DNA from: Octopus sinensis
Taxonomy: Eukaryota
Length of the DNA: 64,000 nucleotides
Assembly: GCF_006345805.1 (NCBI RefSeq)
Contig: NC_043021.1
Span: forward strand, 16,926,001-16,990,000
Direction: 5' to 3'
Shown: piece after piece, positions 50,895 to 63,428 of the stretch
Position numbering within the stretch: position 1 is the first letter of the stretch
Layout of the letters: the number at the start of each line of letters is the position of its first letter
Position numbers and translations under genes: made by a program
Notes under the pieces: generated by a model
The model's input: the letters and a program-made list of their open reading frames with translations, nothing else
Databases searched by the model: none
What the model was told of the DNA's origin: nothing

Positions 50895-53800
50895 TCAGGG
50901 TGGGGCTTTTTTAATGATATTTTCTTGCACCAAAAAGTCGTATAATTTCCTGGTTTTGTTGACATCAATTTTGATTAATGTCCTGGCTTGGGCCAACTTG
51001 AGACTTCCTTCGAACTTTTGACTCTCCTGCTGCAGGAGACGTTTAAATTCCAAATAAGCGTCCGGTACGAGTCGTACAACTGCACAAAGCTGAAAATTGT
51101 AAAGGGGGGGAAAAGAAAATTACAATTAAAATAAAAATTATGAGAGAGAGAGAGAGAGACTTCATTTGGAAAAAGATTCACATACTTTAAGAGTTTACAT
51201 TTTTTCCCCCTCTATTTAGTTGCTCAACATGCTAGAAATAGATACAAAATCTCCCTCAAATTACATAAAGTGTAATTTGAGGGAGATTTTGTAGTGAAGA
51301 AGTGGCTCAAAGAACAGTCAACAGAGTTTTACAGGGTAGAGATACGTGCTCTCATTCGAAGGTGGAACATTGCTATTGAGAAGTAGGGATGTGATCCACA
51401 GAGGACCAGCTTCATTTTGATGTATGATACATGTTCCTGTGTCGATAATTATACCTGTCCTAAACAAAATGGATTACTTTTTGACTCGTCCTCGTAGTTG
51501 GCACAGCTAAAAGTATGAAAGGCAAAGTCGACCTTGGTGGGAGTTGAACTCAGAAATGTAAGACCAAGATGAAATGCCACTAAGCATTTTGCCTAGCATG
51601 TTAATGATTCTGCCAGCTCACCACAATAATAATAATAATAATAATTGTCTTGGTATAAAAGATGGGCTACAGTAAATATTCTGCTCAATACCACAGATTT
51701 GCTTGTCAGTTGTTTGACCTTAACCAGTTGAGCATGTCCCTTAGTGGCTGACGATATGTGCATCTCTGATCACGAGCAGAAGTAGTGGGGGAGCATCATA
51801 GCCATGTGTTGAGAGGGATTCTTTGGGGTTTGAATAATTCACCTCTGGAAACATGGGTGGTTTTTTCAACATCCTTAAACAACCCTTATTCAGGGACCGT
51901 TTGAGCGGGATGGGCTACTCAACCTGAAGAAAATTCTAACTGGGGCCCCACCTGCAAGGTCATGTACTGTTTATCTTGATATGAGATCACCATGTCGTGC
52001 ACATATGGTTGTGATGCATGTGCCTGGTGTACCTTTATCAGACGGGTAGTCATGATGGGTATATTGGGCTTCGTATATTTTACCCCAGTGTCACTTTGAT
52101 GGCATGAACTGCTCTCTCAATTTAAAGACTCCGCCGGTTATGACGACGAGGGTCCCAGCTGATACGATCAACGGAACAGCTTACTCGTGAAATTAACGTG
52201 CAAATGGCTGAGCATTCCACAGACACGTGTACCCTTAACGTAGTTCTCGGGGATAATCAGCGTGACACAGAGAGTGACAAGGCTGACCCTTTGAAATACA
52301 AGTACAACTCATTTTTGCCAGCTGAGTGGACTGGAGCAACGTGAAATAAAGTGTCTTGCTCAAGGACACAACGCATCGCCGGGAATCGAACTCACAACCT
52401 TACGATCATGAGCCGAATGCCCTAACCACTAAGCCACGCGCCCTCACTCTGCTCTCTCAATAATAATAATACCAACAACAACAACAATGACAAATAATTG
52501 AATTCCTACTTCTTTTTCTTTTGGCAATAACTTGTCATAACCTGGCAGACCTGTGATTTCGAGAGGAGGGGCTGAACGGCGAGCTGAAAAATTAAGAAAA
52601 AAATATAAGATTTTGTTGTTAAAATTTAGTTGCAATACACAAAATATTTAAATTTTTTTATACAATTCCTAATAATATTCTTTTGTACTCTAGGCACAAG
52701 GCCCGAAATTTTTGGGGAGGTGGGGGAGGGGGTGACCCCAGTACACAAATAGTACTTAATTTATCGACCCCCAAAAGAATGAAAGGCAAAGTCGACCTCG
52801 GTGGAATTTGAACTCAGAACGTAAAGACAGATGAAATACCGCTAAGCATTTCACCCGGTGTGCTAACGGTTCTGCCAGCTCGCCACCTTAATTCCTAATA
52901 TTATTGAATCATAAAAACATCAAATGGCTCTGAGTAGAAGAGGGATGAAAGGGGTCCAAAGGTAACAAAAAATGGTTGGGAACCACTGAATTACATCGTT
53001 TTGAAATAGGAAGAGATTGTCTCAAAAAATCAGGGTTGGTATCAAAAAGGTTAATTAAATTAATTCGGCAAGGTACAGCTGTCACAAAATAAACAAAAAC
53101 AAAATTGAAAATGAATTTAAATCGCAATGGAAGGAGGGTGACTTACGAGCTGTCGGCAAAGCAACGTTTTGGCCTTTTGAAATGTGCTCCAGCACGGCCT
53201 GTCTCTGTAAGAAAGTCTTGCAGGCTGCATCATTCTGGAACCAGAAACAGGAAAAAAAATACCATTAGAATATTTTGACAAACTAGGCGCAGGAGTGGCT
53301 GTGTGGTAAGTAGCTTGCTAACCAACCACATGGTTCCTGGTTCAGTCCCACTGCGTGGCATCTTGGGCAAGTGTCTTCTGCTATAGCCCCGGGCCGACCA
53401 AAGCCTTGTGAGTGGATTTGGTAGACGGAAACTGAAAGAAGCCCGTCGTATATATGTATGTATATATATGTGTGTGTGTTTGAGTGTCTGAGTTTGTCCC
53501 CCCTAACATTGTTTGACAACCGATGCTGGTGTGTGTACTGGGCTTACAAAGAATAAGTCCCGGGGAGATTAAAAGGTGGTGCACCAGCATGGCCGCAGTC
53601 AAAATGACTGAAACAAGTAAAAAGAAAAAAAAACAACAAAAAAACTCATAAACAAATGTATCTCCTCGCTTTCCCTTCACAGGATTTGAAGACTGGAATG
53701 TAATGCGCCATGAAGGGCTGGACGATTTGAAACTTGTAGAAGATAGAGAGAAAATGATGTTCCTGCAACTCAATTGTAAACAATAGCCTCGTTGTAGGAT

Positions 53801-56800
53801 TGAACCTGAAAACATGTGCTTTAGAATCAAACTTCTCAGTCGTGCAGCCAGACATTAAAGATTCCCAGAGTTCTGATATGAATATGTTCGTAGCCAAAAG
53901 GTCTTTGAACTCACCTGAATGTTGGACAAAACCTCAGAAAGCAGGTGATGTTCTTGTTTCTCTAAGTCTCTTCGAGACTTCAGTTGGTTAAAATTCTTTA
54001 TCTGGTGCCGTAAACGTAAACCGTTTTCCCGATATTCCTGCAACTTTCGGATTTCATTCCTGAGTTCTTCGCCATCTGGGAAGAATGAAAAAGACGAATG
54101 ACTAAATGGAAATATGAATGAAACATGTTGGGTTACGATTCCAAATTGAGAATGGAAGATATCTGAGTGGATTTCATGTAAAAATGGAATAATAATAATA
54201 ATAATGGTTTCAAATTTTGACAAGTTTGGGAGATGGGTTTCAGTCAATTACATCAACCCCAGAGCATAACTGGTATTTATTTTTTATCGACCCTGAAAGG
54301 AATAAAAGCAAAATCAACCTTGATGGAATTTGAACTCAGAACGTAAGGACAAACGAAATGACGCTAAGCAAATACACACACACACATACATATTCTTTTA
54401 CTCTTTTACTTGTTTCAGTCATTTGACTGCGGCCATGCTGGAGCACCGCCTTTAGTCGAGCAAATCGACCCCAGGACTTATTCTTTGTAAGCCCAGTACT
54501 TATTCTATCAGTCTCTTTTGCCGAACCGCTAAGTGACGGGGACGTAAACACACCAGCATCGGTTGTCAAGCAATGCTAGGGGTACAAACACAGACACACA
54601 AACACATATATACATACATATATATGACGGGCTTCTTTCAGTTTCCATCTACCAAGGAGATACCCCCCCCACACACACGCACACAATGGGCTTCTTTCAA
54701 GTTTCCACTAACCAAATCAACTTGCAAGGCTTTGACTGATACACACACACACACAACAGGCTTCCACACAGTTTCTGTCTATTAAATTCACTTGCAAGTC
54801 ATGGGTCAACTTGGGGCTTCAGTAGAAGAACTTGCCCAAGGTGCTGCCACAGCTGGATTGAATCTGAAACCATCCTAAACCAGACAGCCATACCTCCACC
54901 TATTTGGCTACTGTTCCTAACATTGATTTTGATGATGATGATGATGATGGTGGTGATGATGATGACGATGGTGGTGGTGGTGGTGGTGATGATGACGATG
55001 ATGATGACGATGGTGGTGGTGATGGTGGTGGTGGTGGTAGTGATGATGATGATGGTGATGGTGGTGATGATGAAGGTGGTGGTGATGACGATAATGATGG
55101 TGGTGGTGATGATGATGGTGATGGTGATGATGATGGTGGTGATGATGACGATGATGGTGGTAGTGGTGGTGGTGGTGATGATGATGATGGTGGTGGTGAT
55201 GATGATGGTGGTAGTGATGATGAATGTGGTGGTGGTGGTGATGGTGGTGATGATGATAATGATGGTGGTGGTGATGATGACGACGGTGATGATGATGGTG
55301 GTGATGATGGTGGTGGTGATGATGATGATGATAATGATGACGATGATGGTGGTAGTGGTGGTGGTGGTGATGATGATGATGGTGGTGGTGATGATGATGG
55401 TGGTAGTGATGATGAATGTGGTGGTGGTGGTGATGATGGTGATGATGACGACGGTGATGATGATGGTGGTGATGATGATGATGATGATAATGATGACGAT
55501 GATGGTGGTGGTGATGACGATGATGATGATGGTGGTGATGATGATGATGATGATAATGATGACGATGATGGTGGTGGTGATGAATGGCTTGGCATGAGGA
55601 AGCTGGATCGCCGTTGCTACTCACAGTGCAGAGATTCGATGTACAGATCAAATTCCGTCGGTGGCAGGAGTCGGTTAAACACATTGAGGGCAGACACCGT
55701 GTGCCGGACTATTCTGTCATAATGGCGATTGAAACCTGGCACAAGAAGATAAAACGTACAAAATTATATTTTCTATGATTAATTAGCAACGGAAGGAGTA
55801 TTAATATCAAAACGGTAATATTTATCAGAAATACTAAATTTCTAAATCTCTCGTAGAGACATGTACGGTGGTGGGGCGATAGAATGGTTGTATACTGTCA
55901 ATCTAACACGAACGTGACAGTAGGGGGGTACACCACCGCTGTTTAGCCCTAGGAAACATCGAACGCCTCCTGATGGCTTTGACACATTTTTCCCTGTGTC
56001 CTTATTTACATTTACGAAGGAGAGACAAACACTCCCGGCCGCCAGAACTGCATCTAGGGACACGCGTTTCAGGATCGTTGTCCTTCATCGGCCTAGAGTA
56101 GCAGACACCGGTCAGCTGGCGATATTTGTCTCAACTTCGTATTGTATATATCTATAATTCAGTGAAGTCTATTCACTGATTATCAAAATAAGAAATACTA
56201 AATTTCTAAATCTCTCGTAGAGACATGTACGGTGGTGGGGTGATAGAATGGTTGTATACTGTCAATCTAACACGAACGTGACAGTAGGGGAGTACACCAC
56301 TGCTGTTTAGCCCTAGGAAGCAGGAAAAATGTGTCAAAGCCATCAGGAGGCGTCGATGCTTCCTAGGGCTAAACAGCGGTGGTGTACCCCCTACTGTCAC
56401 GTTCGGGGTAATATTTATCCCCGTTTAAAAGTGGATGTTGTGTTAGGACACAGAATACTGCAATAGTTATCATAAGAGAACCTCTCATATGGACTTGTGG
56501 TGCATATAAGCACTCGTGTTCATATCACTAGTGAGAGATAATCACCCACTACTGCTACCGGAACTACTGGATCACATGATTTCGACCTTCCTTGGCCTTG
56601 TCGATGGCAGGTATCCATGGTTAGAGATATCAGTGATTTCTTCATCAGTGATATATATATATATGTTAGTGTGCATGTACGACGGTGTAAGCATCTCGTG
56701 AGAAAAGTTGAGTTTAAGAGGCATCAGATGTGGTGAGCAAGAGAGACAAATGCACCGGTAGGATCATTTGATGCGTATGATGAGGACAGCTGTGTAAAGA

Positions 56801-59800
56801 AGTGCTGATCACTAACTGTGGAGGGAACCTGTGGAAGAGTGCCCTTCCAAGTAGCAAATATTTTACTCCCGCTTAAAATGGTTGTTGTGTTAGAACACAC
56901 AATACTGTGTTATGTAACAAGAGAGAACTTCTCATGGACTTTTGGTGCATATAAGCACTTGTGTTTATATCACTAGCAGAAGATAACCATCTCTATCACT
57001 ACCACCAGAACTGCCAGATCACATCATTTCAGCCTTCCTTGGCCTTGTCAGTGGCAGACATCCGTGGGTAGACATAGCAGTGATTCACCCATCAGTAATA
57101 TAGAATCTCTGTGTTTATTTCCTCTATCCAAGGACAACAGCATGAATTAAAGAATGTACTCACTGGTAATTTTCCTGATGTTGATCAGACCATAATCCCG
57201 GATGATCCTAAAAATGAAAGAAGAAAAAGCAAAGAATTAACAAAAACAATTTATATTTTACCTCTTAGTCACCAATTGGCACTTCGTTGGTTACAAAGAC
57301 AAGGATCCCAGCTGATACGATCAAGGGAACAGCCAGCTCATGAAATTAATGTGCAAGTGGCTGAGTATTCCACAGATACATGTACAGTTGATATAGTTCT
57401 CATGGAGATTCAGTGTGACAAGGCTGGCCCCCTTTGAATTACAGGTACAACTCATTTTTGTCAGCTGAGTGGACTGGAGCAACGTGAAATAAAGTGTCTT
57501 GCTCAAGGACACAATGCGTCACCAGGAATTGAACTCATGACTTTATGTAAGTGAGATAAATATCCAAACCACTAAGCCATGTTCCTTCACTACCTCTTAG
57601 TTAGGAAGTTTAATTAAGAGGTAATTAGTAAGAGATAAGGAGACTAGGTGCATGGCTTAGTGGTGAATTGACCTTGTGATGAACTGGTGTCCCATCCAGG
57701 GAGATGGTGTTGTAATCTGAACTCCTTAAATACCATAGCAACTGAGTTAAGCTCCGACTGGTGCCACTTTAAAAGCACCCAGTACATTTCTGTAAAGTGG
57801 TTGGTGTTAGGAAGGGCGTCCAGCTGTAGAAACAATGCCAAACCAGACTGGAACCTGGTGCAGCTCTCCAGATCGCCAGCTCTGGTCAAACCATCCAACC
57901 CATGTCAGCATGGAAAATGGACTTTAAATGATGATGATGATGGCTTTGTCTGCATCTATGTTAATCAAAGTTATTTTACTAAATTCTTCAAATTCTTTCA
58001 AAATAAATTAAAAATAAAGGCAGTGGATTTCAACCAAATTAGGGCAGCAAACGGTTTAAAGGATCTCCAAGACTGGTAAGGAAGGGGTGTAGGAAGTTAT
58101 CCTAAAACTGGAAGCCTTGATCTGAATCCTCAAAATTCTTCACACGGCACTTTTTGCCGTCCCTAAATCTCAACCAAACACCAATGCTGTAATGTGACAG
58201 CAACAACAACAACACTATTAGAAACAACAGCAACAGCACCAGCTGCAGCAACCTACTTTTTGCGTCGCCATCGTTCTTTTATGCATTCTCTGTAAATATG
58301 GATAACGGCCAGCTTCAGTTCTGTAGACAGAAAAGAAAAACAAATGAGGACTCAATTAGAGTTATCATCATCAACATCATTATCTATTTCTTTACTACCC
58401 ACAAGGGGCTAAACACAGAAGAGACAAACAAGGACAGACAGACGGATTAAGTCAATTATATCGACCCCAGTGCGTAACTGGTACTTAATTTATCGACCCC
58501 GAAAGGATGAAAGTCAAAGTCGACCTCAGCGGAATTTGAACTCAGAACGTAAAGACACATGAAATACCTATTTCTTTACTACCCACAAGGGGCTAAACAC
58601 AGAAGAGACAAACAAGGACAGACAGACGGATTAAGTCGATTATATCGACCCCAGTGCATAACTGGTACTTAATTTAACGACCCCGAAAGGATGAAAGGCA
58701 AAGTCGACCTCGGCGGAATTTGAACTCAGAACATAAAGACAGATGAAATGGCGCCAAGCATGATTGGAATTCTGCCCCAGCACACCATTTTAAGAAGTAA
58801 AAAGCATCAAAATCTGGCAACTTCCGCTATTTGCTGCTCACAACCGAATCGATATCGAAACGAATAAGATGGAAGCTATATTGTTTTTACTGACCCGTTA
58901 AGAAGTTGTGGTCCTCTTTCTCTGCATCCTCGATGTCATCCTCATCTGTCTCCTGCTCACCCTCTTCTTTGTTCTCCTGTTCGTTGTTGTCGTCGGTGTC
59001 AAAGGTCATATCTTTTAGTTCCAATTCTATGAAGTTATTGTATTCCACATTGAAATCTCCAGCTGCCGCCGAGTAGCCACCCATTTCCAAGAACAAGGGG
59101 CTGCCGTCCTGTGGGCGGGGAGGGTCATCGGATACTGGAAGGATGAGGTTTTAGAAACAACAAAGATGGTTAACGAATACATAACGAGCAGAGAAAAAGA
59201 CAAAAGTAACACAAATGATTGATTTAATTACAATGGAAATTGTAGATGTGATACCAGTGCCAGTGGCATGTAAGAGAACCATCCGAACGTGGCCGTTGCC
59301 AGCGCCGCCCCGACTGGCCTCCGTGCTAGTGGTATGTAAAAAGCACCATCTGATCGTGGCCATTGCCAGCCTCGCCTGGCCTCCGTGCCGGTGGTACATA
59401 AAAAGCACCATCCAATCATGGCCGTTTGCCAGCCTCCTCTGGCACATAAAAAGCACTCACTACATTCACGGAGTGGTTGGCATTAGGAAGGGCATCCAGC
59501 CGTAGAAACATTGCCAGATCAGACTGGGCCTGGTGCAGCCTTCTGGCTTCCCAGACCCCAGTTCAACCGTCCAACCCATGCTAGCATGGAAAACGGATGC
59601 TAAACGATGATGATGATGATGATGATTGTCATTATTTTAATGTCCCCTTTTCAATACTTGCATGGGGTCGGCAGAGTCTAGAGACACAGATTTTTCTCTT
59701 GCCAACTCACATCTGTTTCTCAGCAAGACGATATTTCCATGTGGCCAGACATGTTTTCAAAGAATATTCGAAATGAACGACACTGCTTGTATGACAGTGA

Positions 59801-61689
59801 CACTCATTTACAGCTTTCATGCAACGGCAAGACAAAGAAACACAAACATATACACGCTTTCACACACGTATATCATCATCATCATTTAACATCCGTTGTC
59901 CATGCTGGCATGAGTTGGACGGTTTGACCAGAGCTGGCACACTGGAAGGCTGCATCAGACTCTAATCTGATTTGGCATGGTTTTCTATGGCTGGATGCCC
60001 TTCCTAATGCCAACCACTCTGAGAGTGTAGTGAGTGCTTTTACATGCCCCCAGCATAGCTCATCTTGATGGGTCTTCTTCTCAAGCATGAGATAATGCCA
60101 AAGGTCTTGGTCATTGCATCCGTGAGGCCCAATGCTTGAAAGGAACTCAGCCACTTTGCCTCTGAAAGGCCCAACACTCAAAAGGAGCTCAGCCACTATT
60201 CCCCTGAGAGGCCCAATGCTTGAAAGGAACTCAGCCACTTTGCCTCCGAGAGGCCCAATGCACAAAAGGAGCTCAGCCACTTTGCCCCTGAGAGGCTCAA
60301 TGCTTGAAAGGAGCTCAGCCACTTTTCCCCTGAGAGGCCCAATGCTCAAAAGAAGCTAAGCCACTTTGCCCCTGAGAAGCCCAATGCTCAAAAGGAGCTC
60401 AGCCACTTTGCCTCTGAGAGGCCCAACACTCAAAAGGAGCTCAGCCACTTTTCCCCTGAGAGGCCCAATGCTCAAAAGAAGCTAAGCCACTTTGCCCCTG
60501 AGAAGCCCAATGCTCAAAAGGAGCTCAGCCACTTTGCCTCTGAGAGGCCCAACACTCAAAAGGAGCTCAGCCACTTTTCCCCTGAGAGGCCCAATGCTCG
60601 AAAGGAGCTCAGCCACTTTGCCTCTGAGAGGCCCAATGCTCAAAAGGAGCTCAGTCACATTTCCCCTGAAAGGCCCAGTGCTCAAAAGGAGCTCAGCCAC
60701 TTTGCCTCTGAGAGGCCCAACACTCAAAAGGAGCTCAGCCACTTTGCCTCTGAGAGGCACAACACTCAAAAGGAGCTCAGCCACTTTGCCTCTGAGAGGC
60801 ACAACACTCAAAGGGAGCTCAGCCACTTTGCCTCTGAGAGGCCCGACACTCAAAAGGAGCTCAGCTACTTTGCCTCTGAGAGGCCCAACACTCAAAAGGA
60901 GTTCGGCCACTTTGCCTCTGGGAGGCTCAACGCTCAAAAGGAACTCCACCACTTTTTTTCTTAATTTCTGCCATGCCATGAAAACCAATAACAATGAGGT
61001 GTTATACTTACATTTAAATGCAACAGGGGACGGGTAGTAGGCTTGGTTGAACTCAGGAAAAGCTGGAAAGAAACAAGAACACGGGTATATTTGTTTTTTT
61101 TTATGATATAAATGAGTGGAAAACACATTTGAGCAATACAAGCGAGCAATTAGGCAAAATATGTTAAGGTGATGGTCAATAAATGAAAACAAAGAGAAAA
61201 GATATTGCATTAGCTTAAGTTACAGGGATGTAAGCAAACCAACACTGGTTGTCAAGTGGTGGTGGTGGGGGGACAAACACAGACAGACAGATAGATAGAT
61301 AGACAGACAGACAGATAGCTAAACAGATAGATAGATAGACAGACAGACAGATAGCTAGACAGACAGATAGATAGACAGATAGATAGACAGACAGATAGAT
61401 ATATAGATAGACAGACAGATAGATATATAGATAGACAGATAGACAGATAGACACACAGATAGACAGATAGCTAGACAGACAGATAGATAGATAGACAGAC
61501 AGATAGACAGATAGATAGACACACAGATAGATAGATAGGCAGGCTTCTTTCAGTTTCTGTCAACGAGATCCACTCTCAAGGCTTTAGCCAGCCCAAGGTT
61601 ATAGAAGACATTTGCCGAGGGCGCCACGCAGTGGGACAGAATCCAAAGCCATGTGGCCGGGAAGCAAGCTTCTTATCACACAGCCAACT

Positions 61690-61734
<45 letters not shown>

Positions 61735-63428
61735 CTTTTTCTGTCTATTTGCTGCTCTCTTTCTGTCAGTCTCTCCCTCTTTCGGGAAGCAAGACAGACA
61801 GACAGACAGAGAGAGGCAGGTATTGAGAGCCCAAGGCAAGGTAGATCAAGGAGAATTTGTTTGTTTGTTCCTTCTCGAGCCACGCCTGGCTCATAAGGGC
61901 CGGTTTCCCGGTTTCCTTGGCATATAGGTTCCCCACCTGGACAGGACGCCGGTCCGTCGCAGGTGAGCAGCAAGATGCAGGAGGAAAGAGTGAGAGAAAG
62001 TCGTGGCGAAAGAGTCAGCAGAAGTTCGCCATTACCTTCTGCCGGAGCCGCGTGGAGCCTAGGTGTTTCGCTCATAAACACACACATCGCCCAGGCTGAG
62101 ATTTGAACCCGCGATTCCTCGACCGCAAATCCACTGCTCTAACCACTAGGCCATGTGCCTCCACAGATCAAGGACGATGGTACCCAACGTGTCTCTTCTT
62201 TCACAGGATGACAAAATATGATAAAGGAGTAGGCGCGGGCATGGCTGTGTGGTTAGGAAGCTTGCTTCCTAGCTACATGGTTTCGGGTTCAGTCCCACTG
62301 CGTGGCACTTTGGGTAGGTGTCTTCTGCTATAGCCCCGAGTCGACCGGAGCTTTGTGATTGAATTCGGTAGGTGGAAGTTACTGCCGTGTGTGTATGTGT
62401 GCGTATAGCTGCTCAGTGCCTCTCCGAAAGAGAGAGAGGGAAACTTGGCAGTTGTTTCTAGCACAACAAGCAACCACATATTTGCTCCCTTAGTGGCTCA
62501 AGACCATGGTACCGTACTACTAGTGACTGTAGGGGGAGGGGTCATTCATTTGCGTCCACAGTAGTCACACCACTGTGTGTGGGAAGGGCAGGACACTTAA
62601 TTCCACATTACCCTAGTTTTCCCACCACCATCATTATTTCATCCCTGCTTTCTATGCTGGCATGGGTGGAATGAGTTGTAGGAAAGAGTTGAAACAATCA
62701 ATGAGTAAAAGGATCGTGTCGTGCTCCAATGTCTCAATTTTGACATAGATTCTAAGGCTGGGTGCCCCTTCCTAAATGCCAATCATTTTACAGTATACTG
62801 GGGGGGGGGCTTTTTTGTTTTTTGTTTGTGGCCCCAACACTGAGGTAGTTATGTTGTAACCCACAAATGACACAGTCTGTTGCAGGTAAGCTAGCTGGAA
62901 TCTTTGGCACTTATTTTCAGGTGTGATATAAGCACCAAAATTCCTGACCATGTTACCAGCAACAGACTTTATCATTTTTCCTTTTTTTTTTGTTATTTTA
63001 TCTAGTTTCAGATCATGAGCTGTGGCCATGCTGGGGCACCGCCATTCGGTGCTACTACATGATTTTACTTCACGAATGCTTTTTAACAATTGACATCTGG
63101 TGCATGAGAGAGTTTGATGCAGCTGCCCTCATCTGCACCTCCTGTCATGAAGTTGGTTCATCTGGAACACCTGACAGGAAGAGATCCAGTTTTATTTTAA
63201 AAACATCTGCTGTACAACTGAGGCTATGCTCTGGTCCTTACAAAGGTTCCTACAACTCCCGAGACTTAGACAAGGGGTGTGAATAAATGTTGAGTGTACA
63301 AAAAGGGAATGGGTTAATAAATATACTCACATGGTAACTGTTTGTTGGGGTTTTCAACGAAGCAGTTGAGATAATGGCGCTCACATTCTTGTTTGCTTTT
63401 AGTTTTTAGCTGCTGAGCAATATCTGAC
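50895..63428 (-). CDS. TADA2A: Transcriptional adapter 2-alpha (ADA2a), 5'-partial, last 10 coding exons
   Basis: Exons (minus strand): 63428-63331, 61062-61012, 59134-58895, 58320-58257, 57207-57164, 55735-55625, 54075-53915, 53234-53147, 52583-52510, 51089-50895. Phases are consistent. The translation shows the end of a SANT domain ([19 protein letters not shown]), [37 protein letters not shown] and the SWIRM C-terminus [22 protein letters not shown]. Confidence 0.94.
51292..51496 (+). mobile_element. Mariner transposase C-terminal remnant with 3' TIR
   Basis: Translates [30 protein letters not shown] and ends in TTACTTTTGACTCGTCCTCG-TA, resembling a mariner terminus. Confidence 0.65.
54928..55582. 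repeat. Compound (GAT)/(GGT) trinucleotide repeat
   Basis: About 650 bp of GAT/GGT/GAC triplets in a TADA2A intron. Confidence 0.95.
55827..56406 (-). mobile_element. Non-autonomous Penelope-like element: partial tandem repeat, inverted terminus and hammerhead
   Basis: Flanked by a 13-bp direct repeat GGTAATATTTATC (55814-55826 and 56407-56419). Internal direct repeat with period about 364 bp (55828.. and 56192..). The terminal segment 56320-56405 is an inverted copy of about 55909-55995. Confidence 0.72.
56053..56097 (-). ncRNA. Minimal type I hammerhead ribozyme fold (Penelope/retrozyme type), U4C core variant
   Basis: The minus strand reads TCTAGG-CCGATGA-AGGA(CAACGA)TCCT-GAAAC(GCGT)GTC-CCTAGA. 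This gives a perfect 6-bp helix I, a 4-bp helix II, a palindromic mini helix III and a GUC triplet. Confidence 0.7.
60121..60950. repeat. 42-bp minisatellite, ~20 copies
   Basis: Unit GAGGCCCAATGCTCAAAAGGAGCTCAGCCACTTTGCCTCTGA, producing 14-aa periodic spurious ORFs. Confidence 0.92.
61282..61537. repeat. (GATA)/(GACA) tetranucleotide microsatellite inside a family A SINE
   Basis: Direct inspection. Confidence 0.9.

Noticed and set aside
50975-51181. ORF-track peptide over the last TADA2A exon
   Set aside because: Wrong frame. The SWIRM-coding frame runs 51089-50895.
55625-55713. Alternative TADA2A acceptor at 55713
   Set aside because: It lacks a pyrimidine tract and gives the wrong phase with the upstream exon. 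The acceptor at 55735 fits.
54900-55722. Long poly-D/G, poly-H, poly-M/V and poly-S/P ORFs
   Set aside because: All frames are open because the DNA is a GAT/GGT trinucleotide repeat in a TADA2A intron. The flanking exons splice in frame without it.
59882-61210. 14-aa repeat ORFs of 155-242 aa, and CRISPR-like periodicity
   Set aside because: These are translations of a 42-bp minisatellite. There are no unique spacers or cas genes, and the context is a eukaryotic intron.
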